A stretch of 64,000 bases of DNA from Bacillota bacterium. GTDB lineage: Bacteria; Bacillota; Desulfitobacteriia; Desulfitobacteriales; JAJXUE01. The notes below the pieces were generated by a model. It searched no databases, was not told the origin of the DNA, and worked only from the letters and a program-made list of their open reading frames with translations. Shown piece after piece: positions 41,725 to 50,127 of this stretch. The stretch lies in contig JAJXUE010000007.1 of the NCBI GenBank assembly GCA_021783135.1, forward strand, positions 15,136 to 79,135, written 5' to 3'. The stretch's first letter is position 1, and every line of letters begins with the position of its first letter. The position numbers and the translations under genes are program-made.

Positions 41725-42729
41725 ATGTCGGTCAGAGTAACCTTAGTTCCCGGAGATGGTATTGGCCCGGAAGTGGCTGGTGCCGCACGGGAAGTAATTG
41801 ACGCCTCGGGAGCGGCTATCGAATGGGAGACAGTTGAAGCCGGGGAGCATATGATTCCGGATTACGGTACCCCGTTGCCGGATTATGTTTTGAATTCAAT
41901 TCGTAAAAATAAGGTGGCCTTGAAAGGGCCGATTACCACCCCGATCGGCAAGGGCTTTCGCAGTGTGAACGTTACCTTGCGTCAGGCTTTGAACCTCTAT
42001 GCCAATGTGCGACCGCTCGCCAACTTCCCCAATGTGCCTTCGCGCTATGCGGGAATTGATATGGTCATCGTGCGCGAAAATACGGAAGATCTCTATGCCG
42101 GCGTAGAACATATGGTAGGTCCGGATGCGGCAGAAAGCATTAAAATTATTACGCGCGCCGCGTCCACCCGTATTGCCCGCTATGCATTTGAATTAGCGCG
42201 CCAAGAAGGACGCAGCAAAGTAACCGCAGTGCACAAGGCGAATATCATGAAGCTTTCCGACGGCTTGTTTCTCGATGCTGTGCGAACCGTGGCGCGGGAC
42301 TTTGCGGAAATTGAACTGGAAGAAGTAATCGTGGACGCCATGTGCATGAACTTGGTGCAGTTTCCGGAGCGATATCAAGTCCTCGTACTGCCAAATTTGT
42401 ATGGGGATATCGTGTCTGACCTGGGCGCAGGCCTAGTAGGCGGACTTGGGGTAGCACCAGGGGCCAACATTGGGGAAGACGGTGCGGTATTTGAAGCAGT
42501 ACATGGTTCGGCGCCGCAAATTGCGGGCAAGAATCTGGCCAATCCCTTAGCCATGATTCTATCCGGGGTTAATATGCTGAAATATCTAGGCGAACAAGGC
42601 GCGGCCGAGAAGATTACCAAGGCAATTATTGTAGCTTTAAGCGATAAGGCCAATCTAACGCCGGATTTAGGTGGCAGCAACGGCACGCAAGAAATGGCTA
42701 GAGCCATAGTGCGCGCCATGCGAAGCTAG
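41725..42729 (+). CDS. icd: Isocitrate dehydrogenase, NAD-dependent type (334 aa, IDH3-like beta-decarboxylating dehydrogenase)
   Basis: GDGIGPEV, LRQALNLYANVRP, VRENTEDLY, HKANIMKLSDGLFL and LYGDI.SD motifs. The KANIMK.SDGLFL block matches recalled IDH3-type enzymes rather than LeuB. Confidence 0.75.
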   Translation: MSVRVTLVPGDGIGPEVAGAAREVIDASGAAIEWETVEAGEHMIPDYGTPLPDYVLNSIRKNKVALKGPITTPIGKGFRSVNVTLRQALNLYANVRPLANFPNVPSRYAGIDMVIVRENTEDLYAGVEHMVGPDAAESIKIITRAASTRIARYAFELARQEGRSKVTAVHKANIMKLSDGLFLDAVRTVARDFAEIELEEVIVDAMCMNLVQFPERYQVLVLPNLYGDIVSDLGAGLVGGLGVAPGANIGEDGAVFEAVHGSAPQIAGKNLANPLAMILSGVNMLKYLGEQGAAEKITKAIIVALSDKANLTPDLGGSNGTQEMARAIVRAMRS

Positions 42730-42824
42730 GTAAAACGTTGAGAAATTTAAACTGGGTCGCAAGTCTAACTAAAAAGGGCCTAGCAAAAAAAGTCTAATTG
42801 GGAAAAAATTTAACTGCTAAATTG

Positions 42825-42864
42825 AAACCTCGTACCGCAGCACTATGTGGTTACGAGGTTTTTT
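42825..42864 (+). terminator. Intrinsic terminator after icd
   Basis: 10-bp stem AAACCTCGTA / TACGAGGTTT followed by TTTT. Confidence 0.75.
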
Positions 42865-43072
42865 GGCACAAGCCGCAAGTTCAAATCCACCTGGCTGGAG
42901 AAAAGGCGCAAGCATTATGGGGAAATAAGAAACGCACGCTTTGTTTTCTATAAAAGTTCTCGCAAGATTTGAGCAGGGAAAGGCTTTTGCGGGTTTAAGT
43001 AGGGAGTTAATTAATGGTAGAATAGAAGACATGATGTAGGAAATGCTACTAGGTAGATTTGGAGGGATGTTT

Positions 43073-43789
43073 ATGATCAAAGCGGTAACGTTTGATTTTT
43101 GGAGTACACTATTTGACGATATAGGAGATGTAGGGCATCGGCGGCAGGAGTGGCGGGTTGCCACAATGCAGCAAGCACTGGCTAAAGGTGGCTGGCAAGG
43201 CGAACTGGAGCAAGTAATCGCCGCAGTGGGTGAAGCGGAAGGCCAGTGTACAACGATCCGACATTTAGGCGGGGTCGACTTTACCCCAGAGGAACAGTTG
43301 ACAGCTATTTTGAATATGCTGGAGTTTAATCCGAGTCCTGTTGTACGCGACGAAGTTTTTGAAGCGTACACTACCGCTGTTGATCACTTTCCGCCGGACC
43401 CATTGCCCGGTGCAATCAGTGTAGTTAAAGAAATAAGCCGTGAATTGCCAATTGCCTTAATATCCAATACCGGAATTACACCTGGCAGTGTACTACGCCG
43501 AGTTTTAGCCAAAGCAGGCATCTTAGAATGCTTTAAAGTCCTGACTTTTTCCAATGAGGTCAATATGGTTAAGCCCAACCCCGGCATATTTTTGCACACG
43601 GCCCACCAGCTAGGCGTGGATATAAGTGAAACTCTGCATGTGGGTGATAATTTTCGGGCGGACGTTTTGGGTGCGGTCGGAGTCGGCGCCAAGGGAGTTT
43701 GGCTAAATCCCCAAGGCGGCTCAGCGCCGGAGGCGTATGCTGTGATTAAAGCAATGGCCGAATTGCGCGACGTAGTGTTACGAGGGTAA
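43073..43789 (+). CDS. HAD-superfamily hydrolase
   Basis: Motif I FDFWSTL (DxD variant), SNT (motif II) and GDN..AD (motif IV). ATG lies 6 nt after GGAGGG. Confidence 0.7.
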   Translation: MIKAVTFDFWSTLFDDIGDVGHRRQEWRVATMQQALAKGGWQGELEQVIAAVGEAEGQCTTIRHLGGVDFTPEEQLTAILNMLEFNPSPVVRDEVFEAYTTAVDHFPPDPLPGAISVVKEISRELPIALISNTGITPGSVLRRVLAKAGILECFKVLTFSNEVNMVKPNPGIFLHTAHQLGVDISETLHVGDNFRADVLGAVGVGAKGVWLNPQGGSAPEAYAVIKAMAELRDVVLRG

Positions 43790-43793
43790 GAGG

Positions 43794-44483
43794 ATGGAGC
43801 AAGCGGAGCGGCAAGTCAGAGCACCCTGGAGCGCACGCCAGGCGTTAGCGGTTTTGGTGGCAATAAACCTTCTAGAGCTAGGGCTAAGCCGCGCACTGAA
43901 TTTAGCAACCACCGGTGTATGGCAGCTATTGCTGTGGACCAGCCTGGACGCAGCACTTAACATTGGCTTGATTTTGCTGTTTATGCGGTGGCGCCATCAG
44001 AAGGGGAGCGTGGCACTGGGCCTAACCGGCCGACGTTGGCTGCACGCCGTAATTTTTGGGCTAGGCGCAGGCTTAGTTGCAGCGGCAGTCGCTTTGCTAG
44101 TGGGGGACTTGCTGGTGGAATTGACAGGACATGCGCCTGAATGGCAACCGGTACAAGAGTTGTTGACGCGGCCGAGTAGCTTATTGCAAACCGTGGCGTT
44201 AATTGGCGCTGCTTCTGTATTGGTGCCGCTTAAAGAGGAAATTATGTTTCGAGGTTTCTTGTACCCGGCTTTACGTGACCGAATGGGTATAGTCGGGGGA
44301 ATTTTGGTAACCTCGCTTTTGTTTGCCCTGGTACATGGCGATTTAATGCGCGCGCTGCCACTGTTTATTGGTGGCGTAATTTTAAATGTAGCATATCAAA
44401 AGACCGGGTCACTTTATGCGGCGATAGTCGGGCATGGGGTGTGGAATTTACTGATGAGTATCTTGGCATATACGTGGAGGTAG
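43794..44483 (+). CDS. CPBP family intramembrane glutamic endopeptidase (CAAX protease-like)
   Basis: EEIMFRG and FALVHG...HGVWN motifs in a polytopic protein. Confidence 0.75.
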   Translation: MEQAERQVRAPWSARQALAVLVAINLLELGLSRALNLATTGVWQLLLWTSLDAALNIGLILLFMRWRHQKGSVALGLTGRRWLHAVIFGLGAGLVAAAVALLVGDLLVELTGHAPEWQPVQELLTRPSSLLQTVALIGAASVLVPLKEEIMFRGFLYPALRDRMGIVGGILVTSLLFALVHGDLMRALPLFIGGVILNVAYQKTGSLYAAIVGHGVWNLLMSILAYTWR

Positions 44484-44487
44484 AAAT

Positions 44488-45774
44488 TTGGCTAGCGTAA
44501 AAGTTACGATTACAGGCTTGGGGCACGAAGGAGAAGGGGTTGGCCGTGTAGACGGCAAAGCCACCTTTGTTGCAGGAGCCCTACCTGGTGAAACCGTACT
44601 GACAGAAATCAGACAGCAAAAGAAGAATTTTCAACGCGGCGAGCTACGGGAAGTGCTGGAAGCGGCACCCGAGCGCATAAACCCGCCCTGCCCGGTATTT
44701 GGCCGCTGCGGCGGGTGTCAGGTACAGCAGCTGGAATATCAGGCAACCTTAAATTGGAAACGCCAAAAAGTGCAAGACGCGTTAGTTAGGTTGGGCAAGC
44801 TTGAGCAAGTGGAAGTTAGTCCGGTACTGGGTATGCCAGAGCCATGGCGCTACCGCAACAAGGTTCAACTACATGTCGGGGAGCGCAGCGGAAGCATCCA
44901 GTTGGGGTATTACGGGCATAACACTAACCGCCTGGTGGCCTTTGACGATTGTCTGCTGCTGCCGCAAAGGTTTAATGCTTTAAAGGCTCGGCTGGAGATA
45001 TTTTTCAGGGAAAATGGGGTTAAACCGCAGCAGGTACAGCAGGTCGTCATACGCAATTCACCTGTTACAGGTGAGCTGATGGTGGGGATTATAGGTGTGT
45101 TGCCGCCATTGCCGTGGCAGGAAATTAGGCGCGATTTTCCGGAGCTTAAGTCGTTAGTCGTAGTCGACCCGGTAAGTGGTAAACCAAAGTTGGCGGCCGG
45201 ACAAGCGGTAATTAATGACGTCATTTATGATAATCAATTTGCAATATCCTTCGCGTCTTTTGTGCAGGTAAATCCGGGGCAAACTAAGGCGTTGTATGCC
45301 AAGGTACTGGAGTATGCCAATTTGCAGGGACAAGAAGTGGTATTAGATGCCTATTGTGGGATTGGGACGATTACATTGGCCTTGGCGCAACAGGCCAGGT
45401 GGGTAATTGGCGTAGAGGTGGCCCCAGAGGCAATCGCGGACGCCCGGGCCAATGCCACAGCTAATAAGATTCCAAACGTTGAATTCCACGCGGCGACAGC
45501 GGAGGAACTCTTGCCCCAGCTAGCGGCGCAAAAGCTCAAAGTAGATGTGGTGGTAGTCGATCCGCCGCGCAAAGGGTGCGAGCGGGAGGTGCTCGACGCG
45601 ATAGGCAAACTAGGCCCGAAGCGGCTGGTGTATGTATCATGCGACCCGGCGACCTTGGCGCGGGATTTAGGCGTGATGCAGGAGTTGGGGTATGTGACGG
45701 TAGGGGTGCAGCCGGTGGATATGTTCCCGTGGACGGCGCACGTTGAAACGATAATTCGGATAAATCGTGCTTAA
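44488..45774 (+). CDS. rlmD: 23S rRNA (uracil-C5)-methyltransferase RlmD/RumA family
   Basis: TRAM N-domain, Fe-S Cys cluster (CPVFGRCGGCQ), SAM motif LDAYCGIGT, DPPRKG, and C-terminal DMFPWTAHVE. TTG start. Confidence 0.88.
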   Translation: MASVKVTITGLGHEGEGVGRVDGKATFVAGALPGETVLTEIRQQKKNFQRGELREVLEAAPERINPPCPVFGRCGGCQVQQLEYQATLNWKRQKVQDALVRLGKLEQVEVSPVLGMPEPWRYRNKVQLHVGERSGSIQLGYYGHNTNRLVAFDDCLLLPQRFNALKARLEIFFRENGVKPQQVQQVVIRNSPVTGELMVGIIGVLPPLPWQEIRRDFPELKSLVVVDPVSGKPKLAAGQAVINDVIYDNQFAISFASFVQVNPGQTKALYAKVLEYANLQGQEVVLDAYCGIGTITLALAQQARWVIGVEVAPEAIADARANATANKIPNVEFHAATAEELLPQLAAQKLKVDVVVVDPPRKGCEREVLDAIGKLGPKRLVYVSCDPATLARDLGVMQELGYVTVGVQPVDMFPWTAHVETIIRINRA

Positions 45775-45874
45775 AGCCGCTGATACCAAGGGTTTCAGGC
45801 ACTTTGATTTACGACCTAAAAAAAGAAAAGATCACTGATAAAAAATAGATTCTAAGTTAAATTTGATAAAAATG

Positions 45875-45907
45875 AAGCGGTTTCATTCTAAAAGGATGAA
45901 GCCGCTT
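45875..45907 (+). terminator. Hairpin terminator in the island's left flank (would terminate rumA read-through)
   Basis: 12-bp stem AAGCGGTTTCAT / ATGAAGCCGCTT (one G-U pair) followed by a T-rich tract. The sequence is related to the terminator at 47012-47051. Confidence 0.6.
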
Positions 45908-46204
45908 TATTATTTTCACAGTATTTCCCAGACCTCAAAATGAGAAAAAATAAGGATAGGAGGGTGAAAAACAATGAACCCTGAATGATTTCTTTAATGA
46001 GTCTACATAAAAGCACACATCGCTAGGTCTCACAGTTGGCACAGTATCAGATGACCACTTACCAATATATCTTTAGAAAGTAAAGAAGAAAGGAAAATGA
46101 AAATGGACAATAATGAATTATAAACCGTATATATTGAAAAGCTCAAGGATATCAACACACTCTGCCAAGCAATAGAACGAACTTGCTAATATGGTTATGA
46201 CGAT

Positions 46205-46318
46205 ATGGCAGAACGCCTAGCAGCCAGCGATGCGGGATATGCAAGAGAGCTGATGGCTGTGGTTGAGCAATTCATTCAGGCACAACAATCACAAACGATG
46301 GGAGAATGTAAATGCTGA
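46205..46318 (+). pseudogene. Remnant of an ArdA-like gene 3' end plus the inter-gene junction scar
   Basis: Ends ...QSQTMGEC with DNA CAAACGATGGGAGAATGTAAATGCTGAAAGC. This matches the intact junctions CAAAGGATGGGAGGGATGTAAATGCTGAAAGT (48241-) and ...GATGGGAGGGATGTAAATG (49425-). The following MLKALIAD... start is cut off after about 8 codons. Confidence 0.5.
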
Positions 46319-46372
46319 AAGCTTTGATCGCAGACATGAGTCATAGTTTTCATAAAACGGGAGGACATCGAC

Positions 46373-46624
46373 ATGATGAGTCAATGGAAAATCAACGCAA
46401 TTAAAAAAGACTATCCCCAGGGTACACGAGTAGAGCTTGGGTCCATGGCGGGAGAACAGCAGATGCCGTTAGGTCTTCAAGGTACTGTGGAAATTGTGGA
46501 CGATATCGGGCAAATCCATGTGAAATGGGATAATGGCAGAAACCTGGTATTAGTGCCGGAGGAAGATTCATTCCGCAAATTACCGGATCAGGAACAGGGG
46601 AAGTCTCAACAGATGATCCTATAA
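46373..46624 (+). CDS. DUF4314-like small protein (common in Firmicutes conjugative elements)
   Basis: 83 aa. The pattern YP.GTRVEL..M......P.GL.GTV..VDD.GQIHV.WDNG..L.L is as recalled for DUF4314. Confidence 0.6.
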   Translation: MMSQWKINAIKKDYPQGTRVELGSMAGEQQMPLGLQGTVEIVDDIGQIHVKWDNGRNLVLVPEEDSFRKLPDQEQGKSQQMIL

Positions 46625-46641
46625 TTAAAGGAGGGAAAGCA

Positions 46642-46974
46642 ATGGATTACCCATATTTAATTGGCAATGTCTATTCGGAGGAAGTAAGAAGCGAACATTT
46701 TTTGAAAGCTACTCCGACAAACATTGCCTCTTTCATTGTAAAAAATTCGCCGCTAGATGTCATTCAAATTACTACCCCGCTGGATACTGCCTTCATATCC
46801 ACCAGAGCAGGATTTATCGACTATTGCGCCGATCAGGAATTTCTAAGGAATGAGTTGCTTCCCGTGCTGATTCCAATGCAGATGGGCGACACAGAACCCT
46901 CAGAAGTAGAGTTGGTTCCTGAAAATGAAATGAATTCGATGGATGAGGAAGGATGGGATTCCCCAGAATTTTAA
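46642..46974 (+). CDS. Hypothetical acidic protein (110 aa)
   Basis: GGAGGG SD 7 nt upstream, 17 nt after the preceding gene, followed by a strong terminator. No family was recognised. Confidence 0.55.
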   Translation: MDYPYLIGNVYSEEVRSEHFLKATPTNIASFIVKNSPLDVIQITTPLDTAFISTRAGFIDYCADQEFLRNELLPVLIPMQMGDTEPSEVELVPENEMNSMDEEGWDSPEF

Positions 46975-47011
46975 ATTTGCAGGGAACTCTTACTTAAAAC
47001 AGTATAGTAGT

Positions 47012-47051
47012 AAAAAGCGGTTGCATTTTCAAAAGATGCAACCGCTTTTTT
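47012..47051 (+). terminator. Intrinsic terminator
   Basis: 15-bp perfect stem AAAAAGCGGTTGCAT / ATGCAACCGCTTTTT, a 9-nt loop and a T-run. Confidence 0.85.
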
Positions 47052-47088
47052 ATTTCTCAAACTCTATTAAGGAAAGGATTGGTACAGG

Positions 47089-48261
47089 ATGATTATTGCC
47101 GAACTCAAAAACGGTGTATATCGCGATAACTATAGCATCGACATCACCTTCCCTGTTGATGAGGAAAGCATGATGGAACAGCTCAGTGGGATAAACATCA
47201 GCGACAGCAACATAGAAGATTGTCATGTTGCGAAGATAAGCGGAGACATACCTGCTCTTTGCGTACTTGAAAACAACTGCATCAATGTGGATGAGATGAA
47301 CTATCTCGCGAGACGGATAGACAGCTTTGACTACTATGAGCTTGCCAAGTTTCAAGGAGCTATTGCAAGAGAGGGTATCTGCACCATGAAAGACCTCATC
47401 AACCTAACCTTCAACCTTCACAATTATACGGTCGTCACTGATTTCTTGAACCTGAAAAACATCGGAAGTAATCATTACCTTGATAAGAACATCGGATGCC
47501 CTGCAAGTGAAATGGAACGGCTCGACTTTGAAACAATGGGCAGAAATCTTTTAAGCAGCGGTGATGGTAAGGTAACACCTTATGGTGTAGTATTTTGCAA
47601 CAGCCTTCCCATGGAAGAAGTATACAAAGGAAAAATGTTTCCCGATTATGATTACACCAGTGACTATGTATTGAAGCTGGAGATGATGAGAAAGGGTTCC
47701 CAATCAACAAGCCCGGAAAAGGTATGGCTATATCTTCCCACATCAAAAGCCTGTATTTTGAAAGCGCTCCTCCATCTCGGCGCAGACACATATAACGACT
47801 TGACCTTTCAATGTGTAGACAGCATGAGCTTGTCGGAGAGCTTTATGGATCATCTTTCCCTGATGGACAACATTGGTGAAATCAATGAATTGAGTAAAAT
47901 CATCCATGAGCTTGATCCGGAGGAAATCAAGAAACTGGAGGGGGTCATAGATTATACCCAAGCGAAAACTGCAGGAGAAATGATCGAGCTGGCAAACAAA
48001 CTTGACAGCTTCTTTTTTGTTGCAGGCATTTCCAACGTGGAGCAGTACGGCAGACACATGATTATAGAGTCCGGCCATTTTAAATATGACAGCGAGTTGG
48101 AAAGCTACGTCGACTTTGAAAAGTACGGTCAGGACCGCCTTAAACATGAGCAGGGGTGCTTCACCTCATACGGATATATCTGCCGTACTGATTCAATGGA
48201 AGAAGTCTGTGAACTGTATGAACAGCAGGAAGAAAACACCCAAAGGATGGGAGGGATGTAA
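47089..48261 (+). CDS. ArdA-like anti-restriction protein, two tandem-fused modules (390 aa)
   Basis: Internal duplication of about 190 aa. Each half ends in an ArdA-C-terminal-like motif (RLDFETMGRNLLSSGDGKVTPYGVVF; SYVDFEKYGQDRLKHEQGCFTSYGYIC), compare recalled Tn916 ArdA NYIDYQAYGRDLDLSGTFISTNHGIF. The protein is D/E-rich. Confidence 0.65.
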   Translation: MIIAELKNGVYRDNYSIDITFPVDEESMMEQLSGINISDSNIEDCHVAKISGDIPALCVLENNCINVDEMNYLARRIDSFDYYELAKFQGAIAREGICTMKDLINLTFNLHNYTVVTDFLNLKNIGSNHYLDKNIGCPASEMERLDFETMGRNLLSSGDGKVTPYGVVFCNSLPMEEVYKGKMFPDYDYTSDYVLKLEMMRKGSQSTSPEKVWLYLPTSKACILKALLHLGADTYNDLTFQCVDSMSLSESFMDHLSLMDNIGEINELSKIIHELDPEEIKKLEGVIDYTQAKTAGEMIELANKLDSFFFVAGISNVEQYGRHMIIESGHFKYDSELESYVDFEKYGQDRLKHEQGCFTSYGYICRTDSMEEVCELYEQQEENTQRMGGM

Positions 48262-49440
48262 ATGCTGAAAGTCTTTTTAACAAGAGTAGACAAAGAAAAT
48301 GGTGTATGGCTCTCGTTGCCCACTACTCCTGCAGACATAGGGGTAGCTTATGCAACACTTGATAATATCAATGGCACTGAGAACCTTGATACACGCCTCA
48401 CCGGGGTGGAATCTTCTATCCGGAATCTACGACAATACTTAATAGGAAAAAGTACCGATGACCCCAATACCATAAAAGAGCTTGACTTCATCGCTCGGCG
48501 TATAGATGGCTTTACTGAAACGGAAGCAGTCCTTTTCTCCGGCGCTCTTGGTATTGAATCCATCAACACACTGACAGACATCATCAACTTGACCTACAGT
48601 TTGGAAGGATACGAGTTGTACCCCGATGTCACCACTGCCAATGAGCTTGGGCAATATCTGGTGGAAAGCGGTGAGGTGCAAATCCATGAAAGCGCCCTGC
48701 CTTATGTGGATTATGAAAGGGTTGCAACGGAATATGAGGCAAACAACTCCGGTAGCTATACCGCAGCAGGATATGTGGCAAAGACTGGCGGCAGCATGGA
48801 GCGCATCTATGATGGGATCACGCTGCCCGATGTGAATGCCGATAAGGATTATATTTTCAATCTCAAGCTCATATCTCAGTACAGCTTTGATAGTCTGGAG
48901 GCCCCCTACACCCTCAAGTTGCCAACATCGGATATTGCCTTGCGTCAGGCAAGGGATCAGCTGCGGGTAAAACATTTTGACGAGTGTGAAATTGTGGATT
49001 TTGACTGTCCGATCGCAAACCTATCAGACAAGCTTCATATGGATGGGGACATCTATTCTCTCAACAAGCTGGCGCAGAAAATTAAAGACATGCTGCCAAA
49101 CGAGGGAATGGTCACGAAGCTTCTCGCTGCCCTTGAAGCAGAAATGCCGGAGGATTTGGGCAATACGCTGGATATCGCAGAAGACCTCGATAGGTATGAA
49201 CTTATCCCTGTCTCTGTTATCAATGCAACGGACTACGCTCATCATGTGCTCTTTGAGTCCGGCAGATATGATATATTCGTTGACGATGAGATTAATAGCT
49301 TTGTCGACTACGAGAAATATGGCAATTACAAAATGGTAGAAGATGGTGTAAAGCAGACGGCATTTGGAATGATCCGAAGAATTGATGAGCCGTTCCAAGA
49401 ACAGGAGCAAGGCTTCACACAAAAGATGGGAGGGATGTAA
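48262..49440 (+). CDS. ArdA-like anti-restriction protein, two tandem-fused modules (392 aa), paralog of the preceding gene
   Basis: ATG abuts the upstream TAA. Module ends are LPYVDYERVATEYEANNSGSYTAAGYV and NSFVDYEKYGNYKMVEDGVKQTAFGMI. It has the same C-terminal ...QKMGGM as its neighbour. Confidence 0.65.
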   Translation: MLKVFLTRVDKENGVWLSLPTTPADIGVAYATLDNINGTENLDTRLTGVESSIRNLRQYLIGKSTDDPNTIKELDFIARRIDGFTETEAVLFSGALGIESINTLTDIINLTYSLEGYELYPDVTTANELGQYLVESGEVQIHESALPYVDYERVATEYEANNSGSYTAAGYVAKTGGSMERIYDGITLPDVNADKDYIFNLKLISQYSFDSLEAPYTLKLPTSDIALRQARDQLRVKHFDECEIVDFDCPIANLSDKLHMDGDIYSLNKLAQKIKDMLPNEGMVTKLLAALEAEMPEDLGNTLDIAEDLDRYELIPVSVINATDYAHHVLFESGRYDIFVDDEINSFVDYEKYGNYKMVEDGVKQTAFGMIRRIDEPFQEQEQGFTQKMGGM

Positions 49441-49580
49441 ATGAGTAAAATGTTTTCATTGGTAGCACCAAGAATATAGTATGGAACAGCATTTGCTTTC
49501 CAAGATCTTATTTTCTAGGAATGACTTTTCTCTCTCATAGCAAGACCTTTGGCAATCACCGATTGCACTACCGATGAACA

Positions 49581-49985
49581 TCAGCCACCGGCAGGATTTT
49601 TAGTCAGACATTCACACCCTGTATTGGCTCCCGTATGCCTCTTAATATCTTCCAATGTTGAACAGCATTGTGCTTCAGCTACATGATATAAGATCTCCTC
49701 CTCCTTAACATTTGCACAGTAACAAATTGGAATTGGGGGAGGAACGTTTTTAAACCAAATCTTGTTGACCAATTGGTCTTGACTAATGGTCATCTTACTG
49801 TTTTGTGTGTAATAAGCGACTTCACATTCGGGAGTTCTACACAAGAAAAAATGTTCTTCTTCTTCAATTTCAACGCCAGGTTGTACCTGATGTTCAACTG
49901 TTTCCTTACGTACTTTCTGCCCTATCCCATTACAAACAGGGCAATCCGGAATTACTTTTGAATTTGCGGATAGTTCAATAATCAT
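49581..49985 (-). CDS. Cysteine-rich metal-binding protein: N-terminal Zn-ribbon-like CxxC...CxxxC plus C-terminal BFD-like CxC...CxC (CopZ N-terminal-domain-like)
   Basis: CPVCNG...CRTPEC, then ICYCANV...(about 30 aa)...GCEC. The architecture is as recalled for the A. fulgidus CopZ N-domain family. TTG 49991 is an alternative start. Confidence 0.55.
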   Translation of the reverse strand: MIIELSANSKVIPDCPVCNGIGQKVRKETVEHQVQPGVEIEEEEHFFLCRTPECEVAYYTQNSKMTISQDQLVNKIWFKNVPPPIPICYCANVKEEEILYHVAEAQCCSTLEDIKRHTGANTGCECLTKNPAGG

Positions 49986-50061
49986 GAGCAAACACTTCTT
50001 TCACAACAACTTGCGTGTATTTAATTGACCTCCAGTTTTTGTCCTTCGGTTGATAGATCTT

Positions 50062-50091
50062 TTTGAAAAAGACCGGGAAACTATCCCGGCC
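50062..50091 (-). terminator. Intrinsic terminator after the thioredoxin-like gene (minus strand)
   Basis: On the minus strand: GGCCGGGATAGTTTCCCGGTC followed by TTTTT. Confidence 0.55.
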
Positions 50092-50127
50092 CATACAATT
50101 AAAATAAATCGTTCTTGGCGTTTACAT

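Noticed and set aside
42871-42900. GTTCAAATCC T-loop-like string suggesting a tRNA or tRNA 3' fragment (possible old att site)
   Set aside because: The flanking bases cannot form a T-stem (GCAAG versus CCACC) and no acceptor, D or anticodon arms can be drawn. It is most likely a chance match.
42817-43371. 184-aa minus-strand ORF spanning the icd-HAD intergenic region
   Set aside because: It runs through the icd terminator and the 5' part of the HAD hydrolase gene on the other strand. It is Ser/Cys/Pro-rich, has no RBS, and was judged spurious.
47050-47355. 101-aa minus-strand ORF overlapping the terminator and the first ArdA-like gene
   Set aside because: It is antisense to a gene that has three paralogs in the window. 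It begins inside that gene, ends within the terminator stem, and has no SD.
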